From a virus (Duplodnaviria; Caudoviricetes), in IMG/VR virus record IMGVR_UViG_3300048857_000013, positions 1 to 34,130 of that record: a DNA stretch of 34,130 nucleotides, one strand, 5' to 3'. The notes beneath the pieces were generated by a model. The model saw nothing but the letters and a program-made list of their open reading frames with translations, had not been told where the DNA came from and ran no database searches. Positions 16,255 to 24,465 of this stretch are shown here, one piece after another (position 1 is the stretch's first letter; each line of letters starts with the position of its first letter). The translations under genes and the position numbers were made by a program.

Positions 16255-17223
16255 ATGACAGACGCAGCCACCAACTCTCCGTTCACCGGAGAGAGTGATA
16301 GCGGTCGCCCCGCACTCAGCTTCGATGACGCTGTAAACCTCGACTTCGCCGAGTCCTCCGAGACCAACGAGCCGGAAGAGGAAGAGCAGCAATCGACGAA
16401 TGCGACGGATGAGGCCTCTGAAGATGGCCAAGAGACCGACGATCCCGCAGCCGAAAGCGACGAGTCTGCCGAACCCGAAGAACAGGGCGAGGAGACCAAC
16501 GAAGCCTCGGACACCATCATCACCCTGAAAGGCGGTGAGCAGGTTCCTCTCGAGGAGCTGAAGCAGGGCTATTTGCGGGAGAGTGACTACCGCCGGAAAA
16601 CTCAGGAGCTCGGCAACAAGCGCGGAACTCTTGAGGCCATGACAACCCGCGTCGCCACCACGGCGAACGCAATCGCTCAATTCCTGGTCGAACAGCTACC
16701 GGAAGAGCCGAACTATTCGATGGCGATCCAGAATCCCAGCGAATACACCCGGCAGAAGGCGGTTTACGATGCCGCCTTGGCTCGCGTGCACCAGCTTATC
16801 AACCTGGGGCAGGAGCCGCAGAAGGTCGCCGGCGAACTCAAACAGACCGCAACGGAGGAAACTCTGGCGGCCGAGAACGCCAAGCTGCTCGAAGCCTTCC
16901 CGCACCTCGCGAAGGAGGAGGCCCGGGAGAAATTCTTCACCGACGCGTTCAAGTCGGGCGAGGATTTCGGGTTCTCTCCAGAGGAGATGCAGGGCTTCAC
17001 CGATCACCGTTACTTCAAGGTCATGCACTACGCCATGCTCGGGCTTCAAGCCGAACAGGCGAAGAGCAAGGCCATGACGAAGGTGGCGAACGCTCCACCG
17101 GCCACGGCGAAAGCCAAGCCGAATGGCGCGGTGAACCCGGCAGCCCGCAAGAACCAGGATGCGATGAAGAGGTTGGCAAAAACCGGGTCGATCAAGGACG
17201 CAATGTCGATCGACTTTGAATAA
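16255..17223 (+). CDS. Capsid scaffolding protein
   Basis: Acidic N-terminus, VPLEELKQGY...DYRRKTQEL motif, terminal LAKTGSIKDA; directly upstream of the capsid gene. Confidence 0.88.
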   Translation: MTDAATNSPFTGESDSGRPALSFDDAVNLDFAESSETNEPEEEEQQSTNATDEASEDGQETDDPAAESDESAEPEEQGEETNEASDTIITLKGGEQVPLEELKQGYLRESDYRRKTQELGNKRGTLEAMTTRVATTANAIAQFLVEQLPEEPNYSMAIQNPSEYTRQKAVYDAALARVHQLINLGQEPQKVAGELKQTATEETLAAENAKLLEAFPHLAKEEAREKFFTDAFKSGEDFGFSPEEMQGFTDHRYFKVMHYAMLGLQAEQAKSKAMTKVANAPPATAKAKPNGAVNPAARKNQDAMKRLAKTGSIKDAMSIDFE

Positions 17224-17247
17224 CCCCATCTTCAAAGGATCAGAACC

Positions 17248-18243
17248 ATGGCAGCTCTTGCCAATACCTTCCTGACCACGAGTGCCGTTGGCAACCGTGA
17301 AGAACTCTCCGACGTGGTGTCGCGCATCACGCCGGAAGACACCCCGATCTATTCGCTGATCGAAAAGGGCAAGTGCGTTTCCGTGCATCCCGAATGGGAG
17401 ACGGACGAGCTCGCCGCTCCGGGGGCGAACATCAAGACCGAAGGTGACGAATATTCGTTCGGCGCCATCACCCCGCCCGAGCGCATGGGCAATTATACCC
17501 AGATCATGCGCAAGGACTGGATCATTTCGGCTACGCAGGAAGTCGTTTCCGAGGCCGGCAATGTCCAGAAGCGGAAATACCAGAAGCTGAAGAAGGGCGT
17601 CGAGCTCCGCAAGGATGTCGAATACGCCATCGTCGACACCAACGCTTCGGTTGCTGGTGCCACGCGCGAATTCGGCTCGCTCAACACCTGGATCGAGACC
17701 AACGTCTCCCGCGGCGCTGGTGGCGCCAACGGCGGTTTCGATGAGGCTACCGGCCTGACGGTCGCCCCGACCGATGGTACGCAGCGTGCATTCAGCAAGG
17801 CCATCATGGACGACGTGATGCAGCAGGGCTACCAGAGCGGCGCCAACTTCCGGCACGTCTCGGTCTCGCCCTACGTCAAGAGCGTGTTCGTCACTTTCAT
17901 GTCGGACGCCAACGTTGCGCCGTTCCGCTATGCCGTCTCCAAGGGCGGCGAGCGCAACACCATCATTGCCACGGCCGACTATTACGAAGGCCCGTTCGGC
18001 ACGGTGATGATCCACCCGAACCGCGTCCAGGCCGCAAGCGCCGGCCTCGCGCGCAATGCCTTCTTCCTCGACACCGACATGCTGGAATTCCTCTGGCTCC
18101 GGAAGATCCAGGAAGACAAGGACGTTGCCAAGACCGGCGACGCCGACAAGGGCGTGATCATCGGCGAGGGCACGCTGAAGGTGAAGAACGAGAAGGGCCT
18201 CGGCGTCGCTGCCGACCTCTTCGGCCTCACCGCTTCCACGTAA
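17248..18243 (+). CDS. Major capsid protein (DUF5309/SU10-like)
   Basis: GNREELSDVV..I.P.DTP, HPEWETDEL, GNYTQI, KELRKDVE-like, LAKTGD-like and GEGTL motifs; strong codon bias; followed by a terminator. Confidence 0.92.
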   Translation: MAALANTFLTTSAVGNREELSDVVSRITPEDTPIYSLIEKGKCVSVHPEWETDELAAPGANIKTEGDEYSFGAITPPERMGNYTQIMRKDWIISATQEVVSEAGNVQKRKYQKLKKGVELRKDVEYAIVDTNASVAGATREFGSLNTWIETNVSRGAGGANGGFDEATGLTVAPTDGTQRAFSKAIMDDVMQQGYQSGANFRHVSVSPYVKSVFVTFMSDANVAPFRYAVSKGGERNTIIATADYYEGPFGTVMIHPNRVQAASAGLARNAFFLDTDMLEFLWLRKIQEDKDVAKTGDADKGVIIGEGTLKVKNEKGLGVAADLFGLTAST

Positions 18244-18260
18244 GCGATCGACACCGCGAG

Positions 18261-18283
18261 GGGCGGGCTTCGGCTCGCCCTTT
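18261..18283 (+). terminator. Intrinsic terminator after capsid gene
   Basis: GGGCGGGC-TTCG-GCTCGCCC-TTT (UUCG tetraloop, short U tract). Confidence 0.75.
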
Positions 18284-18306
18284 CCAGTTCACCGGAGAAA
18301 CGATCA

Positions 18307-18507
18307 ATGTCCGATACCACCACGGCCGCCCCAGCGGCAAAAGCCGAGAAGAAGACCCCCGTCAAGCTGCTCTACGACGTTTGGGCAGACGAGGGCACCC
18401 GCGTCCCGAGAGGGACCGTCCTTGAACTCCCGGTAAGCGCCGCGAAGGCGTTGATCAAGGACGGCAAGGCCGAGCGCGCCGACCCGCTGCCCGGAGACGC
18501 CGAATGA
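18307..18507 (+). CDS. Small hypothetical virion-associated protein
   Basis: GGAG RBS; 66 aa; coupled to next gene. Confidence 0.8.
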   Translation: MSDTTTAAPAAKAEKKTPVKLLYDVWADEGTRVPRGTVLELPVSAAKALIKDGKAERADPLPGDAE

Positions 18508-18827
18508 TCATCAGAGACGGAGAGTGGACGCTCTTTGACCACGACCACATGACCGGCCGCTCCGTCTGGCACTATTTCGACGGGGAGAAGGACGTTTTCC
18601 GCGTCGATTACCCCGTCGACAATCTGATCAGCGAGAACCAGGCGGTTCGCAATGAGGCGAGCCGCGCATGGGCCGGCGATTGGCACCGTGTTGCCTCTGT
18701 CCCGCTCAACATCGCCCATCATTCCGGGCTCGTGAAGGCCCACTCAGAGGGCGACGACGGTTTCGTGAAGCGTTTCCTCAACAGCTCGGATAACCGCGCC
18801 TGGCGGACGAAAGAGGGGCATCTATGA
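18504..18827 (+). CDS. Hypothetical phage protein
   Basis: ATGA overlaps; RVASVP...FLNSSDNRAWRT..G pattern common in this slot. Confidence 0.8.
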   Translation: MIIRDGEWTLFDHDHMTGRSVWHYFDGEKDVFRVDYPVDNLISENQAVRNEASRAWAGDWHRVASVPLNIAHHSGLVKAHSEGDDGFVKRFLNSSDNRAWRTKEGHL

Positions 18828-19423
18828 CCATTTCGGACTATGCGTCCCTTCTGGTGGATGCCGGCGAGTATTCCGGACGGGAGGACATCGCGCACAATTT
18901 CCCGCGCTTCCTCGGGCTCGCGGAGCTGAAGCTCAACCGCGGGCTTCGCGTCGCCGACATGGAAGTGACGGACGAAATCGCGCTGATCGACGGCGACGGG
19001 ACGCTTCCGGCTGACTTCCTCGAGGCGAGGGAGGTGAAGACGGCCGCCGGCATTCCCATTCGCGCGGTGTCCCTCCAGCAACTCACCAACAGCTATATGG
19101 GCCGCAGCGGCATTCCGACCGGATATGCCATCGTGGGGAGCACGCTCAAGGCGCGGCCGATCAATGACCAGGATCTGACGGTCACCTATTACGCCCGCAT
19201 TCCGGCGCTCACGCCGTCGAACCCGACGAACTGGCTGCTGGAGAAGGCAGCCGACGTGTACCTCTATGCCCTCGTCAACGAGATTGCCATCTGGGCTAAG
19301 GATGTCGACGGCGCGTCCGCCGCTCAGCAGCTTCTCATGATGGCGTTGAGCGGTCTGAAGATCGAGGACGAGCGCTCCCGCTGGGGCAACGCACAATTGG
19401 TTGTCGGAGGGGTTACGCCATGA
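18824..19423 (+). CDS. Head-tail adaptor protein
   Basis: FLGLAELKLNR.LR, LPADFLE, YYARIPAL...NPTNWLL....DVYLYA motifs. Confidence 0.8.
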   Translation: MTISDYASLLVDAGEYSGREDIAHNFPRFLGLAELKLNRGLRVADMEVTDEIALIDGDGTLPADFLEAREVKTAAGIPIRAVSLQQLTNSYMGRSGIPTGYAIVGSTLKARPINDQDLTVTYYARIPALTPSNPTNWLLEKAADVYLYALVNEIAIWAKDVDGASAAQQLLMMALSGLKIEDERSRWGNAQLVVGGVTP

Positions 19424-20022
19424 GCCTGCTGACCGCGATCAATGAAGCGTGCGACATCGTTTCCCTCTCCCAGTTCGACAACGTCTATGGCTCGGACGAG
19501 CCGAACGCCCAGACGATGGTTGCCATGGCGCAGGAAGCCGGCGACGAGATTGCCCGCCGCGCCGACTGGCAGAAGACGCTGAAATTCCACACCCTCACCG
19601 CGTCCCCCGAGAACCTTCCGAGCGACTTTCAACGCCTGACGCCTGGCGGCTCTGTCCGGACCTCGACGGGCGCCTTTGTGCGGCCCGTGACCAACAGCGG
19701 GCAATGGGCGGTGATCGTCGGCATCCCCTCGACCCAACCCTATTTTTTCATCAAAGGCGGCCAAGTGCTGGTTTCTCCCGCGTCGGCCGCTGCTGGCGCG
19801 GTGATCGACTATGTTTCGAAGAACTGGGTGCTGCACGATCCGGACGGGCCGCAGGCGACATTCTCGGCAGACGATGACACCACGCTCTTTCCCGAAAGGC
19901 TGCTGGTGAAGGGCATCATCTGGCGCTGGAAGCGGCAGAAGGGGCTCGCCTACGAGGACAATCTCGCAGAGTTCGAAGCCGACCTCGCGCAGGAGATCAA
20001 TGCCGACAGGGGGGCAGGATGA
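19420..20022 (+). CDS. Second adaptor / tail tubular protein A-like
   Basis: MSLLTAINEACD, LPSDFQR, YVSKNWV, LLVKGIIWRWKRQKGLAY motifs. Confidence 0.75.
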   Translation: MSLLTAINEACDIVSLSQFDNVYGSDEPNAQTMVAMAQEAGDEIARRADWQKTLKFHTLTASPENLPSDFQRLTPGGSVRTSTGAFVRPVTNSGQWAVIVGIPSTQPYFFIKGGQVLVSPASAAAGAVIDYVSKNWVLHDPDGPQATFSADDDTTLFPERLLVKGIIWRWKRQKGLAYEDNLAEFEADLAQEINADRGAG

Positions 20023-21635
20023 GAATTCAGCCCAGACCGGCCCGTATAGGCCAATCCAATCGTGGGTCGGTATCGGTTGGCCGGGAGCAGAAATCGCAGC
20101 CGGTGACCTTCCCTGCGCCGAAGGGGGGCCTTGTCACCACGGCGGACATGGCATCGCAGGAACCGGGCTCGGCAACGGTGCTCCGCAACTTCCTCCCGAC
20201 GCTGATGGGCTGCAAGATCCGAGGCGGGTCGCAGAAGAAGGGCCGGGCGGCGGACGGCGGCGACGTCAGGAGCGCGTTCAAATACAAATACGGCACGAAC
20301 GAAAAGCTGTTCATGGCGACCGCGAGCGGGATCTATAACATGACCTCTCCGGCCGCACCGCCAACCACGACTGCGGCCGATGTTTCCGGCATGAGCGGCG
20401 GCGACTGGTGCGCCTTCCAGCATACCAATGCCGGCACGTCCTGGCTGGTGTGCCTCAACGGCGCCAATAACCGGCAGCTTTACAACGGCACGAGTTGGAC
20501 GACTTCGCCGGCCATCACCTTCACCGATGGCACGACGATGCCGCAGCTCAATTACGGCTGGCTGTTCAAGAACCGGGAATTCTTTCTGAAGAACGGCACG
20601 CTTGACGCCTATTACCTGCCGGTGAACGCCATTGGCGGCGCTGCTGTGGTGTTTCCGCTTGGCGGCGTGATGAAGAAGGGCGGCTCGCTGCTGACCGGCT
20701 TCTCCTGGTCGCTGGAGAGCGGCGACGGCCTCAACGACATGTGCGTGTTCGTCTCGACCGAGGGCGAGATTGCGGTCTATGCCGGGTCCGATCCGTCGAG
20801 CGCTTCGGACTTCGCCTTGAAGGGCGTCTATCAGATCGGTCGGCCGCTCGGCAAAAACGCATGGATCAGAGCGGGCGGCGACATCCTCGTCGCCACGACG
20901 GACGGCCTGACGCCGATGTCGCAGGTGTTCCAGCGCGACCGGCAGGCGCTTTCGCTGGTGTCCGTCTCCCGCCCGATCGAGGATGATTGGCGCAAGGCCG
21001 CGAACGCCACCGGGACAGGATGGACGCTGAAGCAGTGGCCCGAGCAGAACCTCGTCTTCGTGGCCTTTCCGGAAAACACCGCCGTCACCGACACGACCTT
21101 TGTCCTGAACGTGCTCACCGGGCGTTGGTCGACGATCAGCAATTGGCAGGCGCTCTGCTACGAGACGCTGCAAGGCGGCCTCTTCTTCGGCTCCCTCGAC
21201 GGCTACATGTGGCAGGGAGACGCCGGCGGTACAGATGACGGCCTGACCTTTTCGGCGAGCTATCTCTCGCAGTTCTCGCCTGCGGGTCAGTTCGGGCAGC
21301 GGGCAAACGCCACACTCGCGCATATGTATTTCCGGGCCAAGACGAAGCCGAAGGTCCGACTGTTCGCGCGCGCCGACTACGACCGGTCAACGCCGACCTT
21401 CGCCACGATCACGGAAGGGGATGCGAGTTCGTCGGAATGGGATGTCGGCCTCTGGGACGTGGCCATTTGGGATGGGGCATCCGAGGTACAGCGCTACGAC
21501 TTCCGCCAGAACGTCCGAGCCGCCGGCGACATGCTGGCGGTCGGCTGCGTGATCACCTCGGGCGGCGATTTCAAGCTTGATATCGAGGTTGACCTAGCCA
21601 CGGTGCAAGTATCGGTCGGGGAGGCCAGCGCCTGA
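20019..21635 (+). CDS. Tail nozzle / tail tubular protein B-like
   Basis: 538-aa beta-rich protein with PAPKGGL start and WD...WD...WD end, following the adaptors. Confidence 0.75.
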   Translation: MRIQPRPARIGQSNRGSVSVGREQKSQPVTFPAPKGGLVTTADMASQEPGSATVLRNFLPTLMGCKIRGGSQKKGRAADGGDVRSAFKYKYGTNEKLFMATASGIYNMTSPAAPPTTTAADVSGMSGGDWCAFQHTNAGTSWLVCLNGANNRQLYNGTSWTTSPAITFTDGTTMPQLNYGWLFKNREFFLKNGTLDAYYLPVNAIGGAAVVFPLGGVMKKGGSLLTGFSWSLESGDGLNDMCVFVSTEGEIAVYAGSDPSSASDFALKGVYQIGRPLGKNAWIRAGGDILVATTDGLTPMSQVFQRDRQALSLVSVSRPIEDDWRKAANATGTGWTLKQWPEQNLVFVAFPENTAVTDTTFVLNVLTGRWSTISNWQALCYETLQGGLFFGSLDGYMWQGDAGGTDDGLTFSASYLSQFSPAGQFGQRANATLAHMYFRAKTKPKVRLFARADYDRSTPTFATITEGDASSSEWDVGLWDVAIWDGASEVQRYDFRQNVRAAGDMLAVGCVITSGGDFKLDIEVDLATVQVSVGEASA

Positions 21636-22096
21636 TGCTTCCGAGCGATAAAGAAGCCGTGCGCGCCGCACTCCTGCGCTGGACGCGTGGCGACGAGGCG
21701 GCGGCCGACTTCCTCAACGAGATAGCCGAAGTTGCTCGGCTCGCTGACGATATTGTCGACGAGGAGGAGAACCGGCAGCGAAACGTCTGCTGGCTGCTGG
21801 TCCGCACACTCACCGTCCTGCCGCTGAACCCGTTCTTCGTCCGCCATGCCGCAACCCTGGCGCCGCTGATCAACAACGTCGTCGTGCAATGGCAGCTTTC
21901 GGACGAGTGGCGCTCCTCTCGGGACGCTCTGAAGCGGCAATTCGGCTTTGTCATGCGTGAGGCTGTCGGCTCGATCGTCACGGCAGTTGCTGCGATCTGC
22001 GGCGGATACGACCACGCCAAGACCGCGACCGAAGACTTTTTCGAACTCTGCCATTCCGGCTCGCGAGAGACCGTCGAAGACTGGATAAAGGATTGA
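21635..22096 (+). CDS. All-helical DDxxD-motif protein (isoprenoid-synthase-like)
   Basis: TGATG-coupled; LADDIVDEE motif (21746-21760) at the end of a long helix; function uncertain. Confidence 0.7.
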   Translation: MLPSDKEAVRAALLRWTRGDEAAADFLNEIAEVARLADDIVDEEENRQRNVCWLLVRTLTVLPLNPFFVRHAATLAPLINNVVVQWQLSDEWRSSRDALKRQFGFVMREAVGSIVTAVAAICGGYDHAKTATEDFFELCHSGSRETVEDWIKD

Positions 22097-22099
22097 CAC

Positions 22100-23719
22100 A
22101 TGGGCCTTTACGGTAGCGCTCCGGAAGCTCCTGACCCGCAGGAAACAGCCTCCGCACAGACGGCGACGAATATCGGGACTTCCGTTGCCAACAATCTCAT
22201 GGGCAACGTCAACCAGGTCACGCCTGATGGGAAGCTGACCTACACCTATGAGACGAAGCAATGGACTGATCCGGTCAGCGGCAAGGTCTATGACCTGCAG
22301 GTTCCGACCGCCACGCAGACGCTTTCCCAGCAGCAGCAGGCCATCAAGAACCAGACGGACGCCGCCGAACTGAATATGGCGACACTCGCCAACAATCAGT
22401 CGGGCAAGCTCAATAATCTGCTCGGCAAGCCGATCGACATCTCCGGCGCCCCGGCCGGCGGCAACGCAGGGGCCATCGGACTGCCGCAATACCAGCAGTT
22501 CGGCAGCGGGCCGCAGCTACAGACGAGCCTCGGCAATTACGGCAACGTTCAATCTTCGATCGCTGGCGCCGGCGATATTCAGAAGCAGGTTGCCAACAGC
22601 GGCCAGATTCAGAACCAGCTCGGCAATGCCGGCGACATCACCCGCAGCTATGAGACGGACTTCAGCGCCGACCGGCAGAGGGTCGAGGATGCGCTGATGC
22701 AGCGCCTGAACCCGCAGATGGAGCGGGATCGCGCGGCTCTGGAAACGCGGCTGACGAACCAAGGCCTGCAGCCTGGCTCTGAGGCCTATAATCGTGCGAT
22801 CGACGAAGCGAACCGGTCTTCCACAGACGCCCGTCTCGGCGCCATCCTCAGCGCCGGGCAGGAGCAATCCCGCCTGGCCGGGCTCGCCAATCAGTCGGCG
22901 ACCTTCCAGAACTCAGCCCAGCAGCAGGCCTATAATCAGCTTCTCGGCTCGGGCCAGTTCGCCAATTCCGCGCAGGCGCAGCAATATGCCCAGAACGCCA
23001 ACAACATGCAGATGGGCAATGCCGCCCAGCAGCAGCAGTTTGGCCAGAACCAGGCGCAGTTGCAGGCCAACAACGCGGCGCAGCAGCAGAAGTTTGGCCA
23101 AGGCTTGGCAGGCGCCCAGTTCGGCAACGACGCGCTGCAGCAGCAATACCAGAACCAGAACACCGCCACGGCCGGCAACAACGCCCTGCAGGATCAGAGC
23201 TTCAACTCGCAGCAGTCGAAGTTCAACATGCAGAACCAGCAGCGGGCGCAGTACCTGAACGAGCTCTACGCGCAGCGCAACCAGCCGATCAACGAGATCA
23301 TCGGTCTCATGTCCGGCGCGCAGGTCAACAGCCCGAGCTTCGTCCCGACGCAGAGCAACCCCATGCCGACCGTCGATTATGCCGGCCTCGTGCAGCAGGA
23401 CTATGCGAACAAGATGGGCGCATACAATCAGCAGCAAGCCGGCATGCAGAGCCTTTTCGGCGGGATGCTCGGCTTCGGCGGCCAGCTTGCCAGCCTCTCG
23501 GACAAGGACGCCAAGAAGGACATCAAGAAGGTCGGCGAGCTGAAGGGGCACGGGCTGTACGAATATGCTTATCGCGGCAAGCACGACGACGGAAAAAAGC
23601 ACATCGGCGTCCTCGCTCAGGAAGTCGAGAAGAAGCGCCCCGACGTCGTATCGCGCCGCCCTGACGGTCTTCGACAGGTCAACTATGGGGCGCTCTTCAA
23701 TGCGGGGAGGAAGCGATGA
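22100..23719 (+). CDS. Gln/Asn-rich internal virion (ejection) protein with C-terminal peptidase S74 chaperone domain
   Basis: Starts MGLYGSAPEAPDP; QQQFGQ repeats; LSDKDAKKDI...YEYAY...GVLAQEV...PDVV...VNY self-cleaving domain pattern. Confidence 0.8.
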   Translation: MGLYGSAPEAPDPQETASAQTATNIGTSVANNLMGNVNQVTPDGKLTYTYETKQWTDPVSGKVYDLQVPTATQTLSQQQQAIKNQTDAAELNMATLANNQSGKLNNLLGKPIDISGAPAGGNAGAIGLPQYQQFGSGPQLQTSLGNYGNVQSSIAGAGDIQKQVANSGQIQNQLGNAGDITRSYETDFSADRQRVEDALMQRLNPQMERDRAALETRLTNQGLQPGSEAYNRAIDEANRSSTDARLGAILSAGQEQSRLAGLANQSATFQNSAQQQAYNQLLGSGQFANSAQAQQYAQNANNMQMGNAAQQQQFGQNQAQLQANNAAQQQKFGQGLAGAQFGNDALQQQYQNQNTATAGNNALQDQSFNSQQSKFNMQNQQRAQYLNELYAQRNQPINEIIGLMSGAQVNSPSFVPTQSNPMPTVDYAGLVQQDYANKMGAYNQQQAGMQSLFGGMLGFGGQLASLSDKDAKKDIKKVGELKGHGLYEYAYRGKHDDGKKHIGVLAQEVEKKRPDVVSRRPDGLRQVNYGALFNAGRKR

Positions 23720-24204
23720 GAGCTCTCTCCCTCGACCGCCTAAAGCACGTCCTTCACTACGACCCCGCCAGCGGGGTTTTTTGTTGGGCTGAAAACCGCA
23801 AGAAGTGCACAAAGGGCGCTATGGCGGGCAGTTTACGCGCTGATGGTTACGTGCTGATCCGCATCGACTATCAGCGCTATTATGCGCATCGCCTGGCGTG
23901 GCTCTACATGACTGGTGAATGGCCAGCTCAGGAAATTGACCACGCTGACGGAAATCCGTCCAACAATGTCTGGAGTAACCTTCGAGCAGCGTCGCCGACG
24001 CAGAACATGCAGAACCGCCCTACTCAGCGGAACAACCGCACGGGCCTGAAGGGCGTCAGACGGTCCAGTCGCGGGTTTTATGCGACCATTCAAGTTGATG
24101 GACAATACAGATACCTTGGCCGGTTTTGCGACCCTTTTGAGGCTCACTTGGCGTACTGCCAAACCGCCAGCGCCGCGTTCGGCGAATTCGCGAGGTTCTC
24201 TTAA
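23716..24204 (+). CDS. HNH endonuclease with AP2-like C-terminal domain
   Basis: LHYDPASG, YYAHRLAWLY, IDHADGNPSNNVWSNLR, N.TGLKGV, YLGRF, FGEFA. Confidence 0.92.
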   Translation: MRALSLDRLKHVLHYDPASGVFCWAENRKKCTKGAMAGSLRADGYVLIRIDYQRYYAHRLAWLYMTGEWPAQEIDHADGNPSNNVWSNLRAASPTQNMQNRPTQRNNRTGLKGVRRSSRGFYATIQVDGQYRYLGRFCDPFEAHLAYCQTASAAFGEFARFS

Positions 24205-24465
24205 ATGATGGGCTACACCGGCTATCGGGGCATGATGCCCAACGAAACGCGTGAGCAGCTTGCGCAGCGGCTACAGGCGCAGATCATGGGGCAAGCTCTC
24301 CCCCAAACGATCGGCGGCGGCATGGGCATGCTCGGCGCAGGCCTGGCTGCCAATTTCGCAAAGCAGAATGCTGCATTCCCGACCGCTCCGGGCGCCGCAA
24401 CACCGTCTCTGATGACCGGTCTCGCAAACTTCTTCACCGGCGGCCGCAATGGAGGTCTTTACTGA
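24205..24465 (+). CDS. Small Gly/Ala-rich protein resembling the N-terminus of the next ejection protein
   Basis: TGATG-coupled to the next gene; shared ET.E...IMG....P..IG.G...LG.G motif. Confidence 0.7.
   Translation: MMGYTGYRGMMPNETREQLAQRLQAQIMGQALPQTIGGGMGMLGAGLAANFAKQNAAFPTAPGAATPSLMTGLANFFTGGRNGGLY

Noticed and set aside
14681-18015. Long minus-strand ORFs (384, 267, 439 aa) opposite portal, scaffold and capsid
   Set aside because: Antisense shadows of strongly codon-biased GC-rich genes; no motifs or RBS.
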